Assembly: GCA_002269645.1 (NCBI GenBank)
Contig: NIVC01001174.1
Span: forward strand, 75,087 to 139,086
Direction of reading: 5' to 3'
Origin: Macrostomum lignano
Lineage: Eukaryota
Length of the DNA stretch: 64,000 bases
In this document: one piece after another, positions 46,201 to 59,318 of the stretch
How the letters are laid out: each line of letters opens with the position of its first letter
How positions within the stretch are numbered: position 1 is the first letter of the stretch
Position numbers and translations under genes: made by a program
The notes under the pieces: generated by a model
Databases searched by the model: none
Seen by the model: only the letters and a program-made list of their open reading frames with translations
What the model was told of the DNA's origin: nothing

Positions 46201-49200
46201 AGATGCTTTTTTCGAGTGTTGTCGGTGAATTTGGAGAACAATGGCAGGATAAACCTGGCATAAACCTCAAGCTCTGCCATCTCGTCGCATTGAAGCTTTT
46301 CGTACAGCATCGTGAGAGACCAGTTTGCCTTCAAGAAGATGACCCGGCTGGAGCTCTTCCACTCGTCCATCTCGTCGGCCACGAGCGATGCCGGCAAGAT
46401 GCAGGCCTGTTCAGAGTTGAGAGCGCAGCAACGACCGTCAGATGTGACAAACACCGGTAATTGACGCACTCTTGCAAGGAGGTTCTGCTCTCCCATTCTC
46501 TTACTTAGCTCTCCCCAGTTGCTCTGAATGTACACCAAAAAGCTCACAGCTTGCTTCTCAGTGGTCGCAGATCTCTCAGCGTTCTCATTTAGAGCGAACT
46601 CCATCACTCTCAGCATGGACTCGGGCTGTCTGACGTTGCCACACAGACTGCCGACCAGCTTCAAGCCCATCCTGCTGAGCGAGGGAGCGTTGAGTTGCTG
46701 CAGAGACTCCTCGACTGCTTTGCTGCAGTCATCGAGACCGAATCTGATTGGCTCATAAATACAGGGCGCCAGTGAGAGGCTTGCAAAGCGAGACTGGCTG
46801 ACAGGAATCAGATGTGCGCTGCCCAGTCCTGAAGAGGATAACGTTTGCATTGGTGCATTCTTATTAGTGCATTTGTTGTCTAGAAACTCCCACACTCGAT
46901 TCAACCATTGTTCGAGAAACTCGGCTTCAGTACTAAACTCCCAATTCGATACGTAGTCAGTACGAGACATGCAGACTGCGGCATGCTCTCTGTGCAAAAG
47001 AGTGCGAAAATCCATCAGCTGAAACTTTTTACACAACTGTCCCTGGCATAGATTGATTTTCTTCTTCAGATCGAGCTGAAGTGAAACTTTCTTGTGCACA
47101 AACTCGTGCTTTGCTTCGCTGTGTGAAAACAAGTCGTGGAATTGAGTGAGAAACAGAGGCGTCGATCCATTGCCAAACTCAGTGAGTCGGTTACCGGCTC
47201 CTAAATTCAAGGGCACTCCGATGAGATGCTGCACCTCGTCTTGTAGTTCATCAAGCAGATATGCGAGCAGGCTTCAACGGCTTCTGGGGTTTGAAATGAT
47301 GTCGCGCTCACATCACTCGGCAACGAATCTCGAAGTCGCTTGCACGCTGGACCCCTGAGAAATGCGCAAATGGACACAGCATCAGCCAAAGGGGTGAATT
47401 CCAGCTGGGTCGACTCAAGCGACTGACGAAGGCCTATATAATCCGGGACCATGATGGGAAATCGCAGTTTACTCAGAACGTTCTGAAGATACTCGGTCAA
47501 ATTGTTCGGAGTCAGGAATGCAGCACTACCGCTGACATCACCTGAGCTCTGTGCTAGCGGCAACCACTTCTGCTGTTTTTCAATTACAGAGTGCACAGGG
47601 AAGATTGCCCACCGAATTCGAAAGGCGTTTTGGAAGACAAGCTTTGCAAGCTGGCCCCACAGCGTCTGATTGCTTGCGTGGTACTCTGGAAGAAGGCTGT
47701 AGAAGTGGTGTACGCTCTGCACATTCGGATAAACTGCTTTTGCTGCTTCGAGTAGACTGCCGTAGCAGTCAGGCAGAAGCTGAGTGGCCAGCACTTGGTT
47801 CCATTGCTCCTTGACATCTACAGCTCCATCAGCCTTCCACAGAGATCTGCGCGATGGGTCCATAATGAAGTGACCATTCACGTGTACAGGAAGTGCAGTC
47901 GTCACAGGCAATGGCAGCAGACAGTAGACGTGACCTTCTATCTGACATGCTTTAGTTATGGAGATATGAGCGGCGACTCCGGTCTTTGGCAGAAGACGCC
48001 ACTTTCCGGAGGCCACTTGCTGCTGCAGCTGTGCGGGCATGTTGTCCAGTCGACCTCCGAGTTTTTGGAAAACGAGCCATCTTTGCTTGAAATTGGTGCC
48101 AGTCCCGCTTACCTTGAGTTCGTAGGTGATCGAGCTGATTGGAATGCGGCTTAACTGAGCTCCCCTGCTCCGCAGATGCTGACTGGCGGTTCCGCACGCC
48201 TCCTTGAAGTAATCGAAGCAACCTGATACAGTTTCAACTTCCAACTTGGCTGCAAAAACTGTTGTGAACTTGTTGTCAGCCGATACTTCGGAGAGTTGCA
48301 CTTCACGGATATTCAAGAGAAACAAGGCAGTTCGCCCAAGTTCATTCTTGAATTCGTCGAATAGATGCTTGATGTTATCAGCACTGATGGAGCGTTTGCA
48401 TATTCTAGATTTTTTAGCTGAGCTCACCGTTCTCAATGGCAGTCGAAACACGGTTCCTCCCGTTTGCGGCAAGCTCTCAGGACAGTACCCCGCAAATACG
48501 TCACGAAAAGTATCTTTCATACGCTGCACGTTCTGGAACATACCCCTGGAGAAGCCAAATAGCACCAGGCATGTACCTGCAGTGCGGATCCATCACGCAG
48601 AAAATCTTTCCATCGGACAGAAACGAGGGCGCATCCGTGATGTTGTACACACAATTGAACCCGATGCCGTACTGTCCAGCTTTCCATGCGTCGTCTCGCT
48701 TGGACCCGAGACCGAGGTTCTGGATGCCTTCGATGTCCGCATCGGAAAATGTCGAGTCGTTGTAGACGAGAAGCGCGGGTCCCTGCAGCTCCTTCCAGCT
48801 GTCACTCAGCACTTTCTCGGTCCCGTGATGCCGACGATCGATGATGAAGCTGATCTTTGATGCCCCAGCATCATCTGCATTCTGAATGAGTTCCTTGAAA
48901 AGCTCGATTCCAAGCGGGTATCCGGAAATGATGTTCTGCAGTCTGGTTGTGAGGTCCTCGTGTTGGCCGAAAGGCAGAGGCTGCATCGCTTGAGCCAGCA
49001 TGCTTTCTCTCTGGTTTGGAATTCCAAGCTTCTGGCACAGCCCAAAGGAGATGTTCTCGTGGCAGAAGAAGGTCTCATTTGGTAGTTGCACAGATTTCAT
49101 CCAAGGCAGGTTGTTAAAGCACAATTGCGTGCAGGGTCTCAGAATGCGGCTGTGGTCGGGTGCGAGCAAGCTCTCAGTCGCCAAGGCTTCATCCTGACGG

Positions 49201-52153
49201 CCGATCTGATCGAGTATTTTAAGGCTCAAATCTAAATCGCCAAGCGTTAGTGGTTCCGAGGAGTAACGCTGAGAAAGAAGTTTAAGCACACCTGCATAGT
49301 GCGATGCTGTGAACTTTTGATTGACTCCGGCTGCCTTGAAGAAGCTGTCGCACTGGATGCCGCTTAGTTCGGAAGGCAAAACATGAAGAAATGGCTCGAA
49401 TCCCGCATCAGATCTCGACAGACTTACTTGAGCAGACCTTATGAATCCTTTCGGGGACCAAATAATGTTCGGAGTCTGTTTCACCATGCTAAGGACGCTA
49501 TTCGCATTGAGATAACCGGAAGAGATTTGGGCACTGAGGTGTCGATAAACGCACCGACTCACTCGCAGAGTTTCTTCATTGCCAGCTCGGGTCAGAGCTA
49601 CCAGCTGCTGCCAAGCCACCTCATTGGCAACGTAACTCACGTTCAAAACTCCGATTTGAGCCAAAAGATCTTGTCTCCTTGATGAGGCAACATCACGCAG
49701 CACCGTTTCGTCCAAAATAAGCTGCGATGCGGATACAAGATCTTTGCAGCTGGCATCAAACAGCTGACTAGGCTGGAAAAGTTGCGTTTTTGGATACTGA
49801 TCAGCTCGCCAGACAAGGCAACTGTCGTTAGCTTTCTTCAAGGCAGGTAGAAATGCTACGTTTCTCAGCTGACCAATCGGCTGGTTTGAAAACCGAGAAC
49901 GGAACGAATCCAAGTACGAAAGCAGCAACACCGTGCGCTCGGTTCTCTGAGGCTCGGAGAGCGCAGCAACTGACTGGGCGCGACTCAGCAACTCGGCCCA
50001 ACTGAGATCCGCGCGGAGCCCGACTGAGCGGAGCGCTCTCAGCCGATCCGGTGTCTGCATGTCCTTGTGAGGAAACACGCTTACGTTCATTTCGAACAGC
50101 CTCGCAGCCTGACAGCTGGTGTCCAGAAGCTGTAGAGGCTGACACAGGGCGTTTCCAACGTTAGGAATGCAGCAGGACTGCTTTAACAAATTTAAAACGT
50201 TTTGAGTTACAATTCTAGAAGCGGAGCTCCAGTCTGCATTGCCTCCACCACTGATAACATCCAGCATGAATTTCAGCACTCTAAAGCAGTCCTCAGAGTA
50301 GCCTGACTGCCACAGGCGAGACATGTTCGGCACCAACTTAAGCAGCAGTGTCTCGCCCGACCATTGACGCTGCAGAATCTTGTTCGTCAGACCCAGCTGC
50401 TCCACAGTTCCTCGAACTCCATCGGTCAACGATGCGACACCTTCGTGCTGACCCACGAGTCTCGTGGCGAGTCGACTCAAACAATCTGAAATCCCAGCCA
50501 GTGACAGGATGCTGGGATCCAGAAACACTGTGTGACCAAAACTCTTCCACCCAGCTGATGTGTGAAAGATTGGCGCCTGACCGTCAAGCATGGAAGCGTA
50601 GAACTTCTCAATAAGCGGCCTCCACACAGACTGAGTAGCTCTGTCGAATCGAGGCCACAGCTCTTGCGAAATCTCTGCATTCACCAAAGAGATTCCACTT
50701 AGAATCTTCAGAGCGTCAATGTAGGCAGGACAAATGACGTCTGTGAGCAGCACTCGGTTCCACTCGCCGAGACTCCACACGCCCTGCTTCTCGTCGACCG
50801 TGACCTCGTTGAGGTGTCGTCGGCTCGAGGTGACGGAGAAGCTCGCGTTCAGCATCACTGGGAATGGATTTTCGACAGGCAGCGGTAGGAAGCAGAACAG
50901 CAGCGAGGCCGGCTGTGTGTCACGTGAAAGAGGCACGATCCTGTGAGACTGCTCGACGGGCAGCGCCACAGCTCCCACAGGCGCCAGTCCGAGACGACGC
51001 TGCTCCAACGCGACAGCGAGCGACTGCCCAGTACCGACAGCAGCGCATACGAGCCACACTCTGGTGGAGGCGACTGTGCTGATCTGGAACTGATCTTGAG
51101 TTGAGTCTCCAAGATGAACCTCAACCCCGACAGTCGCTTGACAGCGATGTGCTTGATTTTGTCCTGGCCGTCCTTGAGTAGCAGATTCGATCAGAGCTTC
51201 GGCTACCTTGAGAATAGAGCTCTGAGCAGCGAACTCTTGATCCGCTTGTGACATTCCTGATATTGGTAGCGGTGGCAGTGCAATGGCATGTCGCTGGAAA
51301 TATTTGAGAGGGCTCTTGTGAACGCAGAACACGAGTTGAGTTTGATTTGAAGGATCGGTCGCATTGGACGGCAGGAACAGACACCGGAATGTTCGCACTG
51401 TCTGGGTGAACAGAAGCATAGCATCGGCTTGCTCTGCAGTGAGTCTCAACAAGCCACGAATCTCCGAGTCAGAGTACACGCGATCGCAGATCTTCGACTT
51501 CGCTGCCTGAGCCTCAGTGCGTAGCGGAAGACGCAGCAGCGTGCCGGCGAAGTTTCCTTCATCTGCTTGCAGATTGCAGCCTGAGACCCCAGCGAACGGT
51601 GCAAACTGGTTGGCGTACCGATCCAGCAGACTCGGCTGTGCTTAAAAGTCGAGCTCAACTCCAGTGTCCCTGTCCCGTGACTCGCGTACACCGCCTCCAA
51701 GTAGCCCTCGCCCCTGCGCTCACCGTGCGGGTCGAGGATCAGCATTCGGTGCCGACTGAGGATCTGCGGCACGTCAGTCAGGTTGTACACCGAGTTGAAG
51801 CCCAGACCGAAGCGACCGACCTTGGCCGTCTTCTCCAGCTTGGTGGCTCCGCTCAGCTTCAGGATGTTGTCGAAGTCCTCGTCGCTGAAGGTGGCGTTGT
51901 TGAAGGCCCACAGCGTCCGTCCCTGACAGTCGGCCATCGCCGGATCGAGCAGCGACTCGGAGCCGCGCCAGTCGGAGTTCTCGCGACAGTCGTAGAGCAG
52001 CGTGACCTCGGTGGCGCCCGCGTCGTAAGCGTTCTGCAGCAGCTCCTTGGGCACCGCCAGACCGTCAGAGTACTCGTCGAGCAGTCGTTTGAGTCGTCGG
52101 GTGAACGGCTCAGACTGGCCGCGCAGACGCAGGCCGTCGGAGGTCTGGGCCAT
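43221..52153 (-). CDS. SACS: Sacsin-like protein copy B (2 GHKL repeats + degenerate J + HEPN), about 2980 codons once frame breaks near 51665, 48555 and 47270 are corrected
   Basis: ORF pieces 51446-52153, 48501-51479, 47207-48565 and 43221-47234 tile one sacsin-like protein colinear with copy A. Breaks fall in short homopolymers. An in-frame TAA upstream of the ATG supports 52153 as the start. Confidence 0.88.
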
Positions 52154-52248
52154 TCTGGAGGCCTGTGTGTAGGATTTTTAAGGGGCTTGAACTGTGATTG
52201 AAGTACATGAAAATGCATGACTTGCATGAGTTGCTTACATGGCAGACA

Positions 52249-53376
52249 GACTGACTGACTGACTGACTGACTGACTGACTGACTGACTGACTGACTGACT
52301 GACTGACTGACTGACTGACTGACTGACTGACTGACTGACTGACTGACTGACTGACTGACTGACTGACTGACTGACTGACTGACTGACTGACTGACTGACT
52401 GACTGACTGACTGACTGACTGACTGACTGACTGACTGACTGACTGACTGACTGACTGACTGACTGACTGACTGACTGACTGACTGACTGACTGACTGACT
52501 GACTGACTGACTGACTGACTGACTGACTGACTGACTGACTGACTGACTGACTGACTGACTGACTGACTGACTGACTGACTGACTGACTGACTGACTGACT
52601 GACTGACTGACTGACTGACTGACTGACTGACTGACTGACTGACTGACTGACTGACTGACTGACTGACTGACTGACTGACTGACTGACTGACTGACTGACT
52701 GACTGACTGACTGACTGACTGACTGACTGACTGACTGACTGACTGACTGACTGACTGACTGACTGACTGACTGACTGTGACTGACTGACTGACTGACTGA
52801 CTGACTGACTGACTGACTGACTGACTGACTGACTGACTGACTGACTGACTGACTGACTGACTGACTGACTGACTGACTGACTGACTGACTGACTGACTGA
52901 CTGACTGACTGACTGACTGACTGACTGACTGACTGACTGACTGACTGACTGACTGACTGACTGACTGACTGACTGACTGACTGACTGACTGACTGACTGA
53001 CTGACTGACTGACTGACTGACTGACTGACTGACTGACTGACTGACTGACTGACTGACTGACTGACTGACTGACTGACTGACTGACTGACTGACTGACTGA
53101 CTGACTGACTGACTGACTGACTGACTGACTGACTGACTGACTGACTGACTGACTGACTGACTGACTGACTGACTGACTGACTGACTGACTGACTGACTGA
53201 CTGACTGACTGACTGACTGACTGACTGACTGACTGACTGACTGACTGACTGACTGACTGACTGACTGACTGACTGACTGACTGACTGACTGACTGACTGA
53301 CTGACTGACTGACTGACTGACTGACTGACTGACTGACTGACTGACTGACTGACTGACTGACTGACTGACTGACTGA
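52249..53376. repeat. (GACT)n microsatellite, about 1.13 kb, in the 5' intron of sacsin copy B
   Basis: Seen directly; one interruption near 52777. Confidence 0.98.
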
Positions 53377-54490
53377 TGAGATATTGGGCGAGAAGGAAAG
53401 GAAGTAAAAGAAGACTACACAATCTCTCTCAAAGCAGACTCTTAGTCTCTCACACAGCACAGAAACCAGCGTGACTATCAACAGCAAACAGACACGCAGA
53501 TATGTCCAAAAAGTTGATTAATTCTAGAAGCACAGCTTTATTTATTAGCAGAAATCGTGAAATTTAGCTGAATAAATGTTCCTACCTTTTCAACTAAAGA
53601 ACCTTAGAAAACACTTGATGGAATTATTTTCTTTCTCTGAAGAAGTTTCACGTCGAGGTACTTACTTACAGAATCGGCTTTAGTGCACTGTGTATAAATT
53701 AAAATACTTTTTGAGATGATATTTCCAAGAAATGCACTGCACATCAAGACGTTTCAATGTACGCAAATTTCGTACAAAGTGTCTAGTCTAAAAATAGAGA
53801 ATAATAAATAATTACGCTCGCACCAACTCTGTACAAGCCCCAGCCCCTGCCAACAGTTCGAAGGGATCGAAAAATAGTCTTGATAAATGGGCCTACAGGC
53901 AGTGTGGTCGTGGGTCTGAATCTCTACATGAACGTGAACGTGATCGAATGACATGTACATTGCTATGTACTCCCAAACCGAAAACTGTAGGCATATAAAA
54001 TTCTCATCCTTTTTCTGGTGTTGTTCCGCTCACTCATGTCATTCCCCAGAACGGGGGTAGGGCTCAGGCACTATACATTTGCATGCATACTGTCGCTTCC
54101 TAACGAGATGCGCCATTTCCAGGAAATTCACTGTACATTTACAATTTTGAATGCACAAGAATTTCTTGGAAATTTTAACCGAATTCACTGCAGAGCTTAG
54201 AAGAGGAGCCGGGGGCCTCCTGAGCCTGTCTGTCCAATTGCTAGTGAGACAAATAATCTTCTAGGAAATGAACTAGCACTTGAAGCTAAATTTAGCAGCA
54301 GGCTAAGAGGCTAAGAGAGAAGTCGGAGAGAGATGAGAGTGAGAGAGAGAGTTGACCGAGGCGAGAGCAAGGCTACATTTAAAAGTAATAAAAACTGGAC
54401 CTCAGTTATCGATAGTGCAACTACTATACTGTACGAACCGCTCAAAATACACACAACAAGCACAAAAATGCTCGTAAATCGGTCCAATGG

Positions 54491-55431
54491 TAGGGATTCC
54501 AAAATCCCGACAATTTACAATACCGGGATTGAGAAATCCTGAAATCCCGATGGTTTAAAATCCCGAGATCACTAATCCCGGAAAATCCCGACTGAGAGTA
54601 ATCCCGGGACCCCGCTTCGAAGTTCAAAAAAAAATCAAATGTATTGAAACATCTGCATCCAGCTTCCACCACGACCACAAAGTAAGTAAAATAGTTAAAA
54701 TTTTACTTATTAGATTTAAAGCAAGAATTAATAAAAGATTAAAGGATCAAAGTAAATCGAGCATGATTTATTGATCTATCTTTACAATATCCTTACAGAA
54801 TCCTTACAGAATCCTTACAGAATCCTTACAGAAATACAAAATTTCTGTATCATTCGTCAATGACTCGTATTCTGTCGTGGCAGTTCAGAAATTTATCATT
54901 TCAGTTATCCTGATTGTTGGAAATGAGACCGAAGCATGCCCAGCTTTGTTGATAAGGTCTCATCACCGAGAACGAATCCGAGTCATCAAAATGGCAGCGG
55001 CAGAAAATGCCCGTCCTGCTTCAACACTAGTTGGTGCGATGGACAAAAGGGCACAGTTTAGCGTCGTCAGCAGCTTGCCCAATTGGGCAGTAGATCGCAT
55101 AAATTACACCTTACGAAAACGAAAAAAATTTAAATTTCTGCTTAACAAACTGCTCTAACAAATTTTGCTGCTTTTTATGTGTGATTTCGATACAGACATG
55201 CAGGCTGCAGTTGTGTTATTTCATATTTTTTAAAGTTCAATCTTTTTTTCAGATTTTACATGATTATTTTAGTTGAAAAAAAGAGAATTAAAATCAGTTT
55301 GAATCCCGAAACAATCCCAATCCCGCACTGTTGTAATCCCGAGGATCATAAATCCCGAAATTTCAAGTCCCAAAAAATCCCGGGATCGAAATCCCGTGTT
55401 TTGAGGCTAAATCCCGAGATTGGAATGCCTA
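54491..55431 (-). mobile_element. Non-autonomous hAT element (941 bp) with transposase dimerisation-domain remnant
   Basis: TIRs TAGGGATTCCAA / TTGGAATGCCTA; 8-bp TSD TCCAATGG/TCCAACGG; subterminal ATCCCG repeats; minus strand 55080-54900 reads LLSIAPTSVEAGRAFSAA..TRIRSR. Confidence 0.85.
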
Positions 55432-55659
55432 TCCAACGGGGGGGCAACACACGCAAAAATAGTTAAATTATTAGAAAATGATACGGTTAATTGCCCGTAA
55501 ATCTGACACTGCCTTCCTGTCCTCCACGCCTCTTACCCAGGGACTCCTTAAAAAGCACCACTGGACAGAAAGCTCCCTGTACGCATTTACACATAGCTTA
55601 GTGTGGCAGCCACTCCCAGTGACTGTGCGAATAACAAGTTGCATTTTATCTCTGAGAAG

Positions 55660-56547
55660 TAGGGAATACAAAATCCTGAGTTTTATCAATCCCGGGATTC
55701 TAGGGATCGGGACATCCCGGACTTTGCCAATCCCTGGATCCCGACAAATTGGGCCGGGATCATGGGATCCCGGAATTGAAAAAGTTTCTTATCTTTTTGT
55801 CAGAGCAATTTTGGTTTACGAAGCAATTAAACCTGATTTTTAAGGGCTTTTATTGGTGAATGTAGAACAGAATAAAATATTTAACAAACAAGAAACTGAC
55901 AGTGAGTTCTGAATTGGAGTGTGATGTGCGGGCTGGCGTATTAGGTGTGCTTTTTTACATGTCACTATCAGCTCAGGTCTCAGGAAAATCACGCTTGATT
56001 TTTATTCAACCTGGGGGAACGATGGCTTACGAGCAATGGCCAGAGGTAGTACTAATACCAGAGTAGAAGGGGATCAGACCTCACCCTCCCAGGGGCACCC
56101 GCCCAAGATGGAGAATCGGTAGCGTGGGTTATGGTCCGATAGCAAGGTCCCACTTTTCTAATCCCAACTACGATCAAGGAGTTTTCAAGGTAGGGACTGC
56201 TTAAAGTGTTGTTCTGCATTATTACACCTTAAATCTCCTTACGACCTGCTAACAGCTTCTGTTTTGCATACCTGCAGCTCTAGCTAGCCTTCTTTCACTA
56301 GCCTGCATGATTAAAAGAAATAAAATATTCATAAATCAAAGCAGGACAACTGGGTTATGATTTTCACCTGACAAGTACCTCAGCTAAAGATAATACTACT
56401 GGAGATGTATTGAACTATTGCAAAGCGGAATGGGATCGGGATCCCGATAGTCGATCCCGGAATTTTCGAATCACGGTCCCGGACAATTGTGATCCCGGGA
56501 TTTGGCCCTAGTCCCGGGATTTCGTTATCCGGGGATCTCATTCCCTA
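55660..56547. mobile_element. Non-autonomous hAT element (888 bp)
   Basis: TAGGGAAT / ATTCCCTA termini; ATCCCG/CGGGAT subterminal repeats; 8-bp TSD CTGAGAAG/CTCAGAAG; empty paralogous site with a single CTCAGAAG at 36299-36306. Confidence 0.85.
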
Positions 56548-58061
56548 CTCAGAAGTTTTTTACGAGAGTTTTAAACTCCAACGGCATACAAAAGCGATTC
56601 GCTTGAAGACATTGTCGCAAGTAATTAATCTTCTTCGCCGTCAATGCGGATACCGTGTGCACTGCCAACATATCCTTGAACTACCCAGCAACGGAGTTGA
56701 TCATATTAGTTTATGCACCATCCTCACCAATGCCTATAAGCTGGCCATTGCTGCTATATCAATCCTATTTGCGATTTAAATCTCGTCGATGACCATGTTT
56801 CATTCAGTTCAAGGCAGCCTTCGCTGTCAAGGCCAGCGAAAATCCAACTCTTTATGGACCTTAGCGGACGATCGGACGGGAGACAGGTGGGATCTCAAAA
56901 CTTCAGCTGGAACTTATGAACAAATTTGGACAAAAAAATCAAATCAACCTGAACCAACTAGAAGCCTCTAAAGTCAAGTTTACTTGAAATACGTAATTTT
57001 TACAATAGTTACTTCACTATAATATCACATTCTACTCACTCTCATGCTTATTTGTTCGATAGTATTTGTGGTCGATAATTTGATCTTAACCAACAAATGA
57101 GAGGACAGCTTCTATAAGATCTGGAACAGCTGATGTCAACTGTTAAAGAATTAAATGAAGAAAACTAGAAATACAACCAATTGGTTATTTGTTAAATTAA
57201 ATGGTTAAAATAAAATTTTTTATTCATTATGCCCGATCAATTCTTTCCTAGAAGAGCCGCAGTACCGAACGCTTATTTCTATCTAGCTAAGATTCAAGTT
57301 ATTTTTTAATGAATACACCTGGAATAATTATTTATCAGTACCCAAAATCTGCGTAACATGAGCATGTAGCAAAAGTAACGCATTCTGATAGGTCAGTTGT
57401 ACCTATTCTTCTAGGTAGCCTTGGTGTTCTCATTAAGGAATAGCTCTCATTAAAGCGTATAGTACTCTTAACGAGTCTGCATTTGTTGCAAAGTTTTCAA
57501 ACATTTAATACGAATTATTAATCCTCCATGTTGTGTATGTGTGCATATGCATGTGTGTGACACTGAAGCTTGGGCTATACTCGTATGAATATTACTGTCT
57601 ATGGTATAAATACACGTGACGGCCTAGAGAGACGGCCACGCCCTCTGAGCTTTATTTTCATCAGACCGCGCGCTATAGAAGATATAACCCTCTCGGCTTC
57701 GCGATATATAACACTCCATACGCCAGAGCTTTAGAGAGCAGTACAGTGCCTTGCTGAGACTTTTGAGTCGATAGCAATTTTTCCTCAGACTTACCTAAAA
57801 AACGGGATTTTTTAATCCAGATGAAATTTTAAGAGCGTCTGCTAGATATCTGATTGCGCCCGCCCGCCAGTTTTCATAATCTGGTCGGATCTGAAAGTCC
57901 CATATTATAGCAGTAAATATGACCCCAAGCTGCTGCTAGAATACTCTCCAACTCTTGTCACACTTCAACATGTACCTAAGAAATTTGCATATAGTTGACC
58001 CTGATTCACTGATGTCATTTCGACAGTCAGATTCCATCACCCTATTTGTTGCATTTTGATC

Positions 58062-58305
58062 ACACTGCGGTGACACTGCTGTCTCACTGTGGAAACTCTG
58101 CATGCTGTCTCACTGCGGTAACTCTGCTGTCTCACTGCGGTAACTCTGCATGCTGTCTCACTGCGGTAACTCTGCTGTCTCACTGCGGTAACTCTGCTGT
58201 CTCACTGCGGTAACTCTGCTGTCTCACTGCGGTAACTCTGCTGTCTCAATGCGGTAACTCTGCTGTCTCACTGCGGTAACTCTGCTGTCTCACTGCGGTA
58301 ACTCT
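58062..58305. repeat. 22-bp satellite (GCTGTCTCACTGCGGTAACTCT)n, about 10 units; paralog of 40362-41115
   Basis: Seen directly; same upstream unique flank as 36815-37007. Confidence 0.95.
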
Positions 58306-59318
58306 TGAAATAAAAGTTGAAATAAAAACTTTAATAGTCGGGCTTCCAGTACACGGTACTAGTTACTACGAGCAAAAGGTTTTACTTTTACTATTTTCAG
58401 TTACTACTTTCTATTTCAAATTTTCATCTTTCAAATATTTTTAAAGGTCATTTTCAGAACCTGGTGATAGGGAATGAATGAGTGAATTAATGCTTTAGTA
58501 GAAAAAACTACTCATGTCAGACTGCTCTCACCGTTTAGTCTATCGGACTCTTGGCCGTTTTTGGCCTTTTTCAAGCCTCAAAATGACTGCCAGCTGTTTG
58601 AGAGAACTACCAAATTACGAATTACATCCAGAAAACATAAATATATATAACCTATTAACTACTAACTAAGCAGTCGTGTATTGAACGGTAACAAAAGTCC
58701 CATGAGTAAAAAAACATAGCAGTAAGAAATTACGAGAGATGAACTATATCTGGATACAAACAGACGGTTACCTAATTGTTAACGGACGACAGACATGCAC
58801 ATTTTAAAAGTACTTTCCTCTCTCCACACGCATAAATATTTTTCCTGTTGAGCTGCGTCCAAAAGCATCTTGCTCACTTCTCGCAGTTGGTGGCGATAGG
58901 AAGGCGTAAAAAGTGAACAAAATTATCGCCATTTATTGTTGGCCCTCTGCAACGCAGTCAATTGTTTGTTTGTTAAATAAATAGAAACAGAACATTTTAA
59001 ACGATACAGTGAGCCAAGCGTGAAGTATGCAGCAATAAACAGTCGCTCGCAGAACTTCGCCTTTGATACATCTAAACTCCTTACTTTTCTTCTAAAAAAC
59101 GGTAGCAACCTGTGGTTTCAACTAGACATGTCTCTTATGCAGCTGCTCACTGTCTAAAACTCAGTTGTACCGCAAGTGCTCATTCAAATCTAACGAAAAA
59201 CACATGACAAAGAGAAACATAGAAAAAAAAGTTTTTCACCTTAACTTCTGCATCGCGCTACACGCGCAAACCAGTTGTCTGCAGAAAAACAAAGCCAACT
59301 CCAAGTCACTCACTCGAG

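Noticed and set aside
51995-52035. QNAYDAG instead of QNADDAG in copy B as an ATPase-dead mutation
   Set aside because: The change is at the variable x position of the GHKL N-A-x-D motif; the E, N and D residues remain.
51859-53487. 542-aa and 395-aa SQSV-repeat ORFs (also 1691-2248)
   Set aside because: Translations of (GACT)n microsatellites in introns; no coding signal.
57570-57605. Second CATAGA-type transposon end (reverse complement CATAGACAGTAAT)
   Set aside because: No partner inverted repeat or TSD found nearby.
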